This document shows, piece after piece, positions 27,823-37,828 of a stretch of DNA of 64,000 nt. Under the pieces are notes generated by a model. The model did no database searches. It worked only from the letters and a program-made list of their open reading frames with translations, and was not told the DNA's origin. The stretch covers positions 8,705 to 72,704 of the forward strand of contig JBAZWO010000003.1 in NCBI GenBank assembly GCA_041660305.1. Direction: 5' to 3'. Positions within the stretch are counted from its first letter, which is position 1. Each line of letters begins with the position of its first letter. The DNA comes from Patescibacteria group bacterium. GTDB taxonomy: Bacteria; Patescibacteriota; Patescibacteriia; UBA9570. The translations under genes were made by a program, and so were the position numbers.

Positions 27823-28887
27823 ATGGCTAAATTAAACTCTGTTTTTGATATCACGGTCGTTTATGATGCTAAATTAGCTCACAGCGCGGCTGATGTTAAT
27901 TATCTTGAAACGGCTCCGTTTGCTAAAAACAGCGCTTATTTTAATTGTAACGCTACTTATCAATATTTTATTGAACACTGCAAAAAACTTGGTTTGCGAG
28001 CGGCTTTTACTACCACTAATGATGTAACGGCGACTGGACAATTCAGTAGTGTTTGGACACATACCCTTAAGTGGGAACGTTGCAAACAAACTGTGTCTGC
28101 TAAAGTAATTTTTGATAAATTTTCTAATTTACAACCACGTAATCAAGCGGCTTATTATCATATAACTACTGCCGGCACACCACCACCATTATTTCATAAT
28201 CAAGCCATGCGCTTATTATTTGATAATAAATTAGCTACTTTTCTAATGTTTCCACATTACAGTATTCCTACGGTTAAAGTTACAGCCCGCACTAAAACTG
28301 CTCTGCTAAACGCTAGCAAAATATTACAAACGTTATGTGAAACACATCCTTATCATGAAGATTTTAACACCACTATGATATTAAAAGATCAATTCGGTAT
28401 TGGTGGTAATAATATTTTTAAAATAACAAATAATGATTTTTCAGCTGTTCCAATTAACACTACCGCTGAATTTATTTTACAACCATTCATTCAAGCCTCT
28501 GGTTTTAAGATTGCTCATCATGCTGGCAATACCGATTTACGCGTCATTATTTTTAATAACACCGTTGTGCAAAGTTATTTGCGCATTGCTAAAGCCGGTG
28601 AATTTCGCGCTAATGCGCAACAAGGAGGCCGTGTAGTTTATTTAGCACTTAATGACATTCCAGCAGACGTATTAAAAATGATAGCGCAAATTAAAAAACG
28701 CTTGCCCAATAAAACCACTTTGTACACGCTCGATTTCATTAAAAGTAATCACGGTCATTTATATTTTATTGAAGGCAATAACAGTCCGGGCTTAAATTGG
28801 TTCGATGCTGAAGATGAAATAAGAGCCAAAGAACTGATTCATTTAATTGTGCGTAATTTGCAACAACTAATATTTAAACCTCACTAA
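27823..28887 (+). CDS. ATP-grasp (RimK/YheC-YheD-like) ligase
   Basis: C-terminal half DLRVIIFNNTVVQSYLRIAKAGEFRANAQQGGRVVYL...LDFIKSNHGHLYFIEGNNSPGL is typical of the ATP-grasp fold. Confidence 0.65.
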   Translation: MAKLNSVFDITVVYDAKLAHSAADVNYLETAPFAKNSAYFNCNATYQYFIEHCKKLGLRAAFTTTNDVTATGQFSSVWTHTLKWERCKQTVSAKVIFDKFSNLQPRNQAAYYHITTAGTPPPLFHNQAMRLLFDNKLATFLMFPHYSIPTVKVTARTKTALLNASKILQTLCETHPYHEDFNTTMILKDQFGIGGNNIFKITNNDFSAVPINTTAEFILQPFIQASGFKIAHHAGNTDLRVIIFNNTVVQSYLRIAKAGEFRANAQQGGRVVYLALNDIPADVLKMIAQIKKRLPNKTTLYTLDFIKSNHGHLYFIEGNNSPGLNWFDAEDEIRAKELIHLIVRNLQQLIFKPH

Positions 28888-29887
28888 TCACATCAAAACC
28901 TTTATAACTACCGGTTAGCGCTAAACCAATAATTTTTCCGGTGCATAAATTTTGGGCTCTAATTTTTTTGGCAGTTTCATTTAAAGTTGCGCCCGAACCA
29001 ACCGCGTCATCAATTAATAAAATATTTTCAAATTTTTTCCGTTCGGTAACGTAAATAGTATTTCTAGCATTAGTTATTCTTTCGTCTATTTTAGTTAGAG
29101 TTTTTTGTGGCACAGCTACATCATTAATTACTTTATTTATTGATATTATTTCCTGCTTAATATCAAGCTGTTTAGCTAGTACACTCATTAATTGCACTTC
29201 TCTTTTAATAGTAGGTGGTATAAACCCAACCCCGTCAATATTATATTGTAAAATTATTTTTTGAACTTGTGGTTTAATTTCTAATGTTAGTTGTTTAATT
29301 AATGTTTTATTTTGGCTTTGTTTTGCATAAAGCAACATTTTTCCTAATTTAGTTTTACCAAAACGTTCAATACTATAAAAATCTAAATAAAACACGCTAT
29401 CTAAATATACTGTTTTAAAAGAGTTCTTCATTTTTTTCATTCCATCTAGTAATCCATCTTTATTTCTATAAGCGGCATATTTTTTTAATGTTTTAATATA
29501 TTCAATGGCTGTTTTTTCTATCGGCTGTTTGGTATTTACACACCAATGTACGAAACCATCCATCCCCTTATAGATATGTCCAAACGAAGAAACGTACAAA
29601 TAATTATTGTCAATTATCCGTTTTTGTTCTTCAGATAATTGGACATTAGTGGTATTGCCTCTGGCTTCTTGAAACCATTCTCCAATGTTTGTAGCTAAAA
29701 TATAATATACTTTTGGTGGCTTCCCAATTTTTACTAATTTATTCTGTAAATTTAATTTTTTTAGCTGTTTAAATACTGCTTGTCGAGAAATATTTAAATA
29801 ATTAACTAATTCAAAAGCCGTAGCCTGTTTGTTTTGTTCAATATATTCCAAAACTTTATGTTCTGTATCTGTTTTCATATCATTCAT
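28874..29887 (-). CDS. Winged-helix + phosphoribosyltransferase (ComF-like) domain protein
   Basis: N-terminal HTH (LEYIEQNKQATAFELVNYLNISRQAVFKQLKKL). C-terminal PRTase motif ILLIDDAVGSGATL. I prefer the ATG at 29887, because the track start overlaps the upstream gene. Confidence 0.6.
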   Translation of the reverse strand: MNDMKTDTEHKVLEYIEQNKQATAFELVNYLNISRQAVFKQLKKLNLQNKLVKIGKPPKVYYILATNIGEWFQEARGNTTNVQLSEEQKRIIDNNYLYVSSFGHIYKGMDGFVHWCVNTKQPIEKTAIEYIKTLKKYAAYRNKDGLLDGMKKMKNSFKTVYLDSVFYLDFYSIERFGKTKLGKMLLYAKQSQNKTLIKQLTLEIKPQVQKIILQYNIDGVGFIPPTIKREVQLMSVLAKQLDIKQEIISINKVINDVAVPQKTLTKIDERITNARNTIYVTERKKFENILLIDDAVGSGATLNETAKKIRAQNLCTGKIIGLALTGSYKGFDVISEV

Positions 29888-29933
29888 TATATATGGTTTA
29901 CAGTTTACTGTCAACTGTAAACCATAAACTACA

Positions 29934-31250
29934 TTATTCTGGCAATTGCCGATACCACTCCCAACTGGTTTTTGGCGAACCATCTTCGTGTACCAGACCA
30001 AAATTAGCTTCGTAAGCCCCTAAATACGGGCGATCGCGAAAAGTATATAGTAAAATTGGTCGCACATTTTTATAATTCAGTAACACTTGAGCGGCCTGCG
30101 GTAAATAACGGCGCACTAAAGCATCGTCTACCCCACCTTGGCCAGTAGAACAGCCTAATTCCGTAACCCAAATTTTTCCAGCTGGTTTATATTTTTTCAT
30201 TAATTTTTCTAAACTATCCCAATCGGTTTTTAATTGGGTAAACTTTTCTCCATCGGCTTGATAGTAGCCACAATAATACACATGTACGTTTAGTTCATCA
30301 AACCATTTATTCCCGTGTTTAAATAGTTTTTTTAAATAAACGCGGTTAGTAATATCTGAAACTGCTCCATTTAAAATAATAGCGTAGGGGTCGGTTTCTC
30401 TAATAACTTGGGAGCCGGATTTTAATAATGGCTTGTATGTTTTCCAAGTATTCGGTTGTAAATAGGTGGCGCTATCTGGTTCGTTCCATAGTTCCCAAAC
30501 GTCTACATAATTACGATATCTGGTTACCACAGTACGAACTAGTTCTGGCCAATGTTCCGTATCACCATAAGCTAACATGCCTACTACTTGAATATTTTTT
30601 GCTTGATACTCCAACATGATTTTATCATAACGTGTTAACCAACCCTGCCAATTATAGCCATTTAATTCTGCTAAATTAAAATGCTCACGTACCCAAGTAG
30701 TATTACTGCCTACTAACCGCTGTTCGTATAACGAATCAATAGTAACATCACCAGCTAACGCCCAATGCGTGTTTAATCCAACTGTACGATGATTAAGTTT
30801 CGGTTTTAAATGATTTAAACCGTATTTAATATGTGGATTTTTGTAAGTTTGTACATAGGGATTAAATATTGTCACTAACTGTGCCGTTGTTAAAATAATA
30901 TCGTGATTAGTTTCGGTATTATTTTTTACTATTAGTGGATACTGCGCTAAATCTAGCGTAATTAAAATAGTAGACACTGGAAACACTAAATTCACCCCGT
31001 TAGCATTACCGCTGATACTACTAGCCTGTAACGATCCAAGCTGAACAATAACCGGATTAAATAATAAATAATCCAAATTTTCACCATACATCGCTACAGT
31101 AGTAGTATAAGGCTCTGTTTGTACTACCGATATAAAATCAGTAGATAAACTAGTAACTACGGGTACGCCTGCACCCATGGCCTGTAGTGGATTTATCCAG
31201 TTACTAAAAGCTATTACTATTATTACGCTAAGCCGGCTATAAAATTTCAT
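29934..31250 (-). CDS. Secreted clan GH-A (GH5/GH39-like) glycoside hydrolase
   Basis: Signal peptide from the ATG at 31250. WELWNEPD (acid/base NEP) and IWVTELG (nucleophile) motifs. Confidence 0.55.
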   Translation of the reverse strand: MKFYSRLSVIIVIAFSNWINPLQAMGAGVPVVTSLSTDFISVVQTEPYTTTVAMYGENLDYLLFNPVIVQLGSLQASSISGNANGVNLVFPVSTILITLDLAQYPLIVKNNTETNHDIILTTAQLVTIFNPYVQTYKNPHIKYGLNHLKPKLNHRTVGLNTHWALAGDVTIDSLYEQRLVGSNTTWVREHFNLAELNGYNWQGWLTRYDKIMLEYQAKNIQVVGMLAYGDTEHWPELVRTVVTRYRNYVDVWELWNEPDSATYLQPNTWKTYKPLLKSGSQVIRETDPYAIILNGAVSDITNRVYLKKLFKHGNKWFDELNVHVYYCGYYQADGEKFTQLKTDWDSLEKLMKKYKPAGKIWVTELGCSTGQGGVDDALVRRYLPQAAQVLLNYKNVRPILLYTFRDRPYLGAYEANFGLVHEDGSPKTSWEWYRQLPE

Positions 31251-31800
31251 AACAATAAATTTTGGTTTTTCCACAATACTGTACTGGTTTAGCAATAATA
31301 CGTTCATGTGGTGTTAATTTAAACACACAACTAATAATTAAACAGCCTGGTTTACATTCTTGCACAAATTTTTCCGTTAAACGTTCGGCTAACGAACTAA
31401 TCCAATAACCAATTATAACATCCGCTTCCTGTAAAGGATAATTAAAAAAATCTGCTTGGACAATTTTTGGTGTATTTTTTTTGTTACTTACTAAAAACCG
31501 TAACCAGCTTAACCACACTAATAACCAGCTGCGTTCTACGCCAATATACTGTTTAGTAGGATTTTGTTTATACAACGCCGCTAATAACGTACCAGTACCA
31601 CTACCTAAATCTACTACCCTCACTTTATTATTCACATCAGCTAATTTAGCTACAAATTTAGCTACCCGCCGAGTAGTAGGTACAAATGGCAAGGTTTGTT
31701 TTTGAAAAATCACTAACAATATCAAATTAACTAAAATTTTTACTAAAAAACCTAGTAATATTAGTAAAAAAATAACATAAAACCACATAATTACTTGCAT
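31237..31800 (-). CDS. Class I SAM-dependent methyltransferase with an N-terminal TM helix
   Basis: Motif I VVDLGSGTGTL. Confidence 0.7.
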   Translation of the reverse strand: MQVIMWFYVIFLLILLGFLVKILVNLILLVIFQKQTLPFVPTTRRVAKFVAKLADVNNKVRVVDLGSGTGTLLAALYKQNPTKQYIGVERSWLLVWLSWLRFLVSNKKNTPKIVQADFFNYPLQEADVIIGYWISSLAERLTEKFVQECKPGCLIISCVFKLTPHERIIAKPVQYCGKTKIYCYEIL

Positions 31801-31820
31801 ATTGACAGGAAAAACCGCTT

Positions 31821-32993
31821 ATGATACTTTTAGCTGTTCCTATGTTACCACTAGAACAACAAATCGTTAATCTTATCCACCAACACCATAATATTTTGGT
31901 GTGTTTACCGGCCAAACCTTCTACCGATGCCATTGCTGCTGGTTTAGCTATGTACACTGTATTACAAAAACTCGGCAAAAATACTAATGTAGTAGCCGCT
32001 CAATTTACCTTACCAGATAGCCACAAATTTTTACCAAAAAGTTCTGCCATTAAACAAGATTTACAAGCTTTAAAAAAATTTATTATTACGCTGAATACGG
32101 AAAAAATAAAAGTATCTGATTTGCAATATGCTCAACAAGATAAACAATTACATATTTATGTAACGCCACAAAACGGTTCGTTTAATGTTCAAGATGTTAC
32201 CACTTCGGCCAGTAACTATGCTTATGATTTAATTATCACGATTGACACTAAAGAACTAGATGCTATTGGAACATTGTTTGAACAAAACGCTGATTTTTTC
32301 TATCACACTCCTATTATTAATATCGATCATCATCCTGGTAATGAACAATTTGGCCAAGTAAATTTAGTGAACATTACCGCTACCAGTGTATCCGAAATTA
32401 TATTTGAATTGATTCAACATTTAGATAACGGCCATTTATTAGATGAGTATATTGCTACAAATTTGCTAACCGGCATTATTTCTAAAACTAAATCATTCAA
32501 AACAGCTAGTGTAACACCGCGCTCACTAGCTATCGCTAGCCATTTAATTGCTTCCGGGGCTCGCCGTGAAGACATTGTTAAAAACTTGTATCAAACTAAA
32601 ACCATTAGCACACTACATCTATGGGGTCGTGCTCTAGCTCAATTGCAATCCGATACTAATCATCGGTTAGTGTGGTCTGTATTACATGAAGAAGATTTTT
32701 TACACACCAATACTAATACCTCTGCTTTGGAGGCCGTAATTGACGAATTGATTATTAATGCACCAGAAGCAGAAAATGTTTACATTATTTACGAACAACG
32801 TGATACCCAACAACAATTACATACCCACGCCATAATATATTTATCACACCAACGTAAAGCACTTAATTTACCGATAGAATGGCAAGTGAACAACACGGAA
32901 CATTTTAAATACATTGCATTTCCCAATCATATTACATTAGACGCCGCTCAAACCATGTTGCATCAGGCCCTGGAAAAACTTCTCCCCCTTTAG
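31821..32993 (+). CDS. DHH-family phosphoesterase (NrnA-like)
   Basis: DHH motif NIDHHPGN, and a DHHA1-like C-terminal half. Confidence 0.7.
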   Translation: MILLAVPMLPLEQQIVNLIHQHHNILVCLPAKPSTDAIAAGLAMYTVLQKLGKNTNVVAAQFTLPDSHKFLPKSSAIKQDLQALKKFIITLNTEKIKVSDLQYAQQDKQLHIYVTPQNGSFNVQDVTTSASNYAYDLIITIDTKELDAIGTLFEQNADFFYHTPIINIDHHPGNEQFGQVNLVNITATSVSEIIFELIQHLDNGHLLDEYIATNLLTGIISKTKSFKTASVTPRSLAIASHLIASGARREDIVKNLYQTKTISTLHLWGRALAQLQSDTNHRLVWSVLHEEDFLHTNTNTSALEAVIDELIINAPEAENVYIIYEQRDTQQQLHTHAIIYLSHQRKALNLPIEWQVNNTEHFKYIAFPNHITLDAAQTMLHQALEKLLPL

Positions 32994-33010
32994 GGGGTTG
33001 GGGGGCTGTG
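32982..33010 (+). repeat. G/C-rich hairpin + G-tail element (short copy)
   Basis: CTCCCCC-TTTA-GGGGG-TTGGGGGGCTGTG. The TAG stop of the DHH gene sits in the loop. Confidence 0.5.
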
Positions 33011-33025
33011 CTATACTATTAGGAT

Positions 33026-34768
33026 ATGGTGCAACGCATTGAAGATTTATTAGCTTTGAACAAACAAAGCCAGGCTACCAATACTCTACCGCCTACTACT
33101 AGCTCTACGGCCGATCCGGCGGCAAAATTGGCCAATAAGATGCATTTAATTGAATTAGAAAAGTTAGAAGAACTTACTCAAGCTAAAGCGGTTGAGTTTA
33201 GTTTGGAATATATTAATCTACAAGGCTTTCCAGTGGGGCCAGAAATACTATCTTTGATTACCGAGGAACAAGCTAGGCGTATTCGCACCGTAGTGTTTTT
33301 TAAATTAGATAATCAGATTCGTTTAGCTACATGTTTGCCAGATCATCCGGAAATTTACGATATTATTGCTCGTTTACAACGCGAATTTCCTGGCACAAAT
33401 ATTGCTATTTACCTAACTTCGGAGCACAGCATGAACGAGGTATTAAAACTATATAAAAATATTGCCCATATTAGAACTACTACCACTAACGTGGCTCTTA
33501 CTAAAGCAGAACTAGATTATTTTCAGCAAGCCATTCATAGTTTTGCTGATATGGAAAAAATGTTAGCCACTGCCAATATGACACAGGCCTTTGCCATGAT
33601 GGTAGCTGAAGCTATGAACGTAAATTCTTCCGATATTCATGTGGAAGCCGGTGAACATCATATTATCGTCCGTTACCGTGTAGACGGTTTATTACAAGTG
33701 GCGGCTAAAATACCAGCTAGCATTTGGCCTCATTTAATTACTAGAATAAAAACAATTGCTGGTTTAAAAATAAACGTAGATAGTATTCCCCAAGATGGCC
33801 GTATTACTATTGTCATGGATCAAGATAAACTAGACATTCGTGTGTCTACTATCCCTACTACTTGGGGTGAATCAGTGGTAATGCGTTTGTTACGCTCTAA
33901 TTCTATAAGTTTATCTTTTGAACAGCTTGGTTTGCGGTCAGCGGCTTTTAAGCGCTTAAAACACGAGCTAGATAAACCCCAGGGCATGATTATTACCACT
34001 GGTCCAACCGGTTCTGGTAAAACTACTTCTTTGTATGCCATGTTAAACACACTCAATCAGCCCGATCGAAAAATTATTACCCTGGAAAACCCTATTGAAT
34101 ATCGTTTGCCTGGTATCGACCAATCGCAAATTGAGCACGCTAAAGGCTACACGTTTTCCAAAGGCTTGCGCGCCATTTTACGGCAAGATCCCAATATTAT
34201 CATGGTGGGTGAAATCCGCGATTTAGAAACAGCCGAAACCGCTATCCAGGCCGCGCTTACTGGCCACTTACTACTTTCTACTATTCATACTAACGATGCC
34301 GCTGGCGCTATTCCTCGCTTTTTATCCATGGGCGCGCAACCGTTTTTATTAGCTCCCGCCATGAACGCCATTGTTGGTCAGCGTTTGGTACGTAAACTAT
34401 GTGATTTTTGCAAAACTGAAATTACGTTAGATCTAGAAACACTGGATCGAGTAAAAAACTTGGTAAAAAACATTCCGGAAAATTCCGGTGAAATTATCCC
34501 CGATCCAAACACCTTAAAATTTTATGAAGGCAAGGGTTGTGATCAGTGCCATAAGTTAGGCTACAAAGGCCGCATTGGCATTTATGAAGTGTTTACCAAA
34601 ACCCCGGAAATTGAAGCTATCACCTTGGCCGGCAATGTTTCCGAATATCAAATGCGCGAAGTTACCCATCGTTTAGGCATGCTCACCATGGCCCAAGATG
34701 GTATCTTGAAAGCGCTAGCGGGAGTTACGTCGGTGGCTGAAGTGATGCGGGTGGCGGTAATAGATTAG
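33026..34768 (+). CDS. Type IV pilus / type II secretion ATPase (PilB/GspE family)
   Basis: Walker A GPTGSGKTT, Walker B IIMVGEIRD, His box, and the tetracysteine CDFC...CDQC. Confidence 0.9.
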   Translation: MVQRIEDLLALNKQSQATNTLPPTTSSTADPAAKLANKMHLIELEKLEELTQAKAVEFSLEYINLQGFPVGPEILSLITEEQARRIRTVVFFKLDNQIRLATCLPDHPEIYDIIARLQREFPGTNIAIYLTSEHSMNEVLKLYKNIAHIRTTTTNVALTKAELDYFQQAIHSFADMEKMLATANMTQAFAMMVAEAMNVNSSDIHVEAGEHHIIVRYRVDGLLQVAAKIPASIWPHLITRIKTIAGLKINVDSIPQDGRITIVMDQDKLDIRVSTIPTTWGESVVMRLLRSNSISLSFEQLGLRSAAFKRLKHELDKPQGMIITTGPTGSGKTTSLYAMLNTLNQPDRKIITLENPIEYRLPGIDQSQIEHAKGYTFSKGLRAILRQDPNIIMVGEIRDLETAETAIQAALTGHLLLSTIHTNDAAGAIPRFLSMGAQPFLLAPAMNAIVGQRLVRKLCDFCKTEITLDLETLDRVKNLVKNIPENSGEIIPDPNTLKFYEGKGCDQCHKLGYKGRIGIYEVFTKTPEIEAITLAGNVSEYQMREVTHRLGMLTMAQDGILKALAGVTSVAEVMRVAVID

Positions 34769-34806
34769 ACCCCTCCTCCAACTCCTCCCCTACAAGGGAG
34801 GAGAGC
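34769..34806 (-). repeat. G/C-rich hairpin + tail element abutting the TAG stop of the pilB-like gene
   Basis: TAG|ACCCCTCCTCCAA-CTCCTCCC-CTACAA-GGGAGGAG. Inverted orientation relative to the copies at 35204, 36006, 37834 and 39933. Confidence 0.6.
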
Positions 34807-34823
34807 AATTAAAATTTTACTAT

Positions 34824-35192
34824 ATGTTATCTCCCTCAAAGAAAAAACCAGCAGTTGTATTACAGCAAAAACTTCATTACATTTCAAAACAACTAAGAAA
34901 TAAACCTACTGCTGCTGAAAATTTGCTCTGGCAAAAATTAAAAGGCAAACAACTTTGTGGTAAAAAATTTAGAAGACAATATCCTTTATATAGTTATATT
35001 GCCGATTTTTATTGCCATGATAAAAAACTTCTTATTGAGGTAGATGGAGAGATTCATAAACAACAACAAACCAAAGATACCAACCGTGATCAAATGTTAC
35101 ATGAATATGGTTATTACACATTACGTTTTACTAATGCGGATATATTAAATAATATCAATTCAGTTTTAACAATTATTACCAAAAATTTATAA
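34824..35192 (+). CDS. DUF559 (Vsr-like endonuclease fold) domain protein
   Basis: LWQKLKGKQL...KFRRQYPLYSYIADFYCHDKKLLIEVDGEIH is the characteristic DUF559 pattern. Confidence 0.8.
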   Translation: MLSPSKKKPAVVLQQKLHYISKQLRNKPTAAENLLWQKLKGKQLCGKKFRRQYPLYSYIADFYCHDKKLLIEVDGEIHKQQQTKDTNRDQMLHEYGYYTLRFTNADILNNINSVLTIITKNL

Positions 35193-35203
35193 TAGATATT
35201 TAC

Positions 35204-35245
35204 TCCCCTCCCTCTTGCAGGAGGGAGGGGCTGGGGGAGAGAGGT
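35204..35245 (+). repeat. G/C-rich hairpin + tail element abutting the TAG stop of valS
   Basis: CCCCTCCCTC-TTGCAG-GAGGGAGGGG-CTGGGGGAGAGAGGT|CTA. Confidence 0.6.
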
Positions 35246-37807
35246 CTAGAGTTCTTGTAATGATTTTTCTAGCTTTTCTAAAATTGCTTTTTTGTCAGCT
35301 AATTTTTTCTGTTCCACTTCAATAATTCTAGCTGGCGCTTTACTGATAAATTCTGGGGTATTCAATTTCTGATTTAAACTGACGACATATTTTTTTAATT
35401 CAACAATTTCTTTTTTTAGTTGCGCCTGATATTTTGGTACGTCAATCACACTTTGTAAATCCAGTGTAAATTCATAAGCATCATTAATTAATTGTACTTT
35501 ACCCATCCCACTCCCCTCACTAATTACTACTTTCGTTAAGTGTTCAATAATATCCTTAGTACCCGAAACTGGTTTTTTAGTAAACAATGTAATTTTTGTG
35601 CTGTAAGCAATATTGTATTTTGCTCGTAAATCGCGAATTTGGGTAACAATATCTTGGATATCAGCAAATTGTTTTTCTATGGTAGGATTAATTTTAGTCG
35701 CATCTGCTTGTGGCCAGGTTTCTATCATTAACAATTTACCTGGATGTAACTCGCTCCATAATACTTCAGTCACAAATGGTATAAACGGATGTAATAATTT
35801 TAGGGTGGTTTCTAATACTTGTTTGGTTAACACTGGATTCGGTTGAAATTTGGTAATTTCAATATACCAATCAGCAAAATCGTGCCACAAAAATTCGTAA
35901 ATCTTTTCGGCCGCTAAACTATATTGATAATGTTCAAAATAATTATTTATTTCTTGAATTAAGCGATTTAATTTGGATTCAATCCAGCTATCCGCTATGG
36001 CTTCACCTCCCTCCCCTTTGAGGGGAGGGATTGAGGGAGAGGTAGTTACATATCTAGCCACATTCCATACTTTGTTGACAAAGTTTCTAGAATCCTCCAC
36101 TTTTTCTTCATAAAATTTCGAATCATTACCTGGTGTAATACCCTTTAATAAACTTAACCGTAACGCATCAGCACCATATTGCTTAATTACATCCAATGGA
36201 TTAATGCCATTGCCTAATGACTTGGAAAATTTGCGTCCTTGTTTGTCACGTAACATGCCATGAATATAAACCTCTTTAAATGGAATACTATCTAAAGCAT
36301 AGGTGGTCATTAATATCATTCTGGCCATCCAGAAAAAAATAATTTCATGACCCATTTGCATCCAAGAGATCGGATGAAATTTTTTTAAATCAGCGGTTTG
36401 CTTTGGCCAGCCTAAGGTAGAAAACGTCCATGTGCCAGACGAAAACCAGGTATCAAGCGTATCTTCATCTTGTTGCCAACCCTGTTCTAATGGAGCTTTA
36501 ATTCCAACATAAACTTCTTTGTCTTTATACCAGGCTGGAATTCGATGTCCCCACCAAATTTGCCGAGAAATACACCAATCACGCAAATTTTCTATCCAGC
36601 GTAAATAAGTTTTTTCAAAGCGCTCTGGAGTAATTTTAATTTTTGCAGCCGCCTCGCGCATTAAATCCTTCAAGGTTTTATTTTTGCCAGGGATAATCTT
36701 ATTTACATTTACAAACCATTGCTCTTTTGGAATTACTTCTACCACATCACTAAAACGATCCGATGTGCCAACACTGTGTACTAATTCTTCTTCTTTAATA
36801 ATAAGATTATTATCTTTTAACCAGGCTACTAATTTTTCTCGAGCGGCTAATGCTGTTAACCCTTGGTAAGCTTTACCAGCTTGTTCGGTCATACAGCCAT
36901 CTTCGCTAATTACTTGAATCAAACCAATGTCTGGATGTTTTAGATACATATCATAATCAGCCATGCTGTGGGCTGGAGTTACTCCCACGGCCCCGGTGCC
37001 GTAATTCATATCCACGGTATCATCCGCAATGATTTTAATAACAAGTGGTTTAGCGGCGCCAATATTGATAGTGTATTCTTTGCCAATATATTGCTGGTAA
37101 CGTTCATCGTTTGGATGTACCGCTACGGCCGTATCGCCTAATTTAGTTTCCGGACGCGTGGTAGCAATGGCAATCGGAAAATCTTTGCTATATTTAAAGG
37201 TATATAATTTAGTAGTTTGTTCCACGTATACTAACTCATCATCTGAACAAGTAGATTGTCCTTTTACCGACCAGTTAATCACACGGTAACCTTTGTAAAC
37301 CAAACCATCTCGATACATGCGCACAAATAATTCATTCACCGCTCGAGACCGCTGCTCATCAAAAGTATAAGCTAATCTAGACCAATCACAACTCGTGCCA
37401 AGTTTTTTTATCTGATTTAAAATAGTTGATTTCGATTGTTCAGCAAAATCACGAATAATACTTACTAATTTTTCTCGGCCATATTCTGTGCGAGGATGTT
37501 TAATGCCCTGGGCTTGTAGATTTTTTTCTACGCGAGCTTGAGTAGCTACAGCAGAGTGATCGGTACCAGGCAACAATAAGGCTTTTTTGCCCAACATGCG
37601 CTGATACCGAATTTGGGTATCCATTAAGGCATTTTCTAAAGCGTGTCCTAAATGTAACACGCCAGTTACGTTTGGCGGTGGAAATAATAATGAAAACGGT
37701 TCACCGTTACCAGGTAAATTATCCGGATTAAAATAACCTGATGCTTCCCATTGCTTGTAAATCTTATCCTCATAATCTTGCGCGTTATACGCTTTTGGTA
37801 GGTTCAT
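35246..37807 (-). CDS. valS: Valine--tRNA ligase
   Basis: HIGH motif (VLHLGHAL), KMSKS variant (KFSKSLGN), class Ia editing-domain length, and a C-terminal coiled coil. Confidence 0.95.
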   Translation of the reverse strand: MNLPKAYNAQDYEDKIYKQWEASGYFNPDNLPGNGEPFSLLFPPPNVTGVLHLGHALENALMDTQIRYQRMLGKKALLLPGTDHSAVATQARVEKNLQAQGIKHPRTEYGREKLVSIIRDFAEQSKSTILNQIKKLGTSCDWSRLAYTFDEQRSRAVNELFVRMYRDGLVYKGYRVINWSVKGQSTCSDDELVYVEQTTKLYTFKYSKDFPIAIATTRPETKLGDTAVAVHPNDERYQQYIGKEYTINIGAAKPLVIKIIADDTVDMNYGTGAVGVTPAHSMADYDMYLKHPDIGLIQVISEDGCMTEQAGKAYQGLTALAAREKLVAWLKDNNLIIKEEELVHSVGTSDRFSDVVEVIPKEQWFVNVNKIIPGKNKTLKDLMREAAAKIKITPERFEKTYLRWIENLRDWCISRQIWWGHRIPAWYKDKEVYVGIKAPLEQGWQQDEDTLDTWFSSGTWTFSTLGWPKQTADLKKFHPISWMQMGHEIIFFWMARMILMTTYALDSIPFKEVYIHGMLRDKQGRKFSKSLGNGINPLDVIKQYGADALRLSLLKGITPGNDSKFYEEKVEDSRNFVNKVWNVARYVTTSPSIPPLKGEGGEAIADSWIESKLNRLIQEINNYFEHYQYSLAAEKIYEFLWHDFADWYIEITKFQPNPVLTKQVLETTLKLLHPFIPFVTEVLWSELHPGKLLMIETWPQADATKINPTIEKQFADIQDIVTQIRDLRAKYNIAYSTKITLFTKKPVSGTKDIIEHLTKVVISEGSGMGKVQLINDAYEFTLDLQSVIDVPKYQAQLKKEIVELKKYVVSLNQKLNTPEFISKAPARIIEVEQKKLADKKAILEKLEKSLQEL
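36006..36044 (+). repeat. G/C-rich hairpin + tail element inserted in frame inside valS
   Basis: CCTCCCTCCCC-TTTGA-GGGGAGGGA-TTGAGGGAGAGGTAG, which encodes ...TSPSIPPLKGEGGE... in ValRS. Confidence 0.6.
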
Positions 37808-37828
37808 AATTTATATAATATCATTTTT

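Noticed and set aside
7868-31307. N-terminal extensions of several track ORFs (7868-8737, 13482-14024, 22666-23493, 28874-30001, 29934-31307, 8749-9222)
   Set aside because: The extended N-termini overlap upstream genes or are hydrophobic or AT-rich nonsense. Internal ATGs give proper wHTH starts, signal peptides or lipoboxes, or are preceded by an SD-like sequence, so I used the shorter coordinates.
34769-35245. Interpreting the inverted G/C-rich elements around DUF559 as terminal inverted repeats of a transposon
   Set aside because: Each element is equally well explained as the stop-codon-abutting element of its own convergent neighbour (the pilB-like gene and valS), the same rule seen at the HD gene and tsaD. 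The TIR reading is therefore not required. I kept it only as a low-interest hypothesis.
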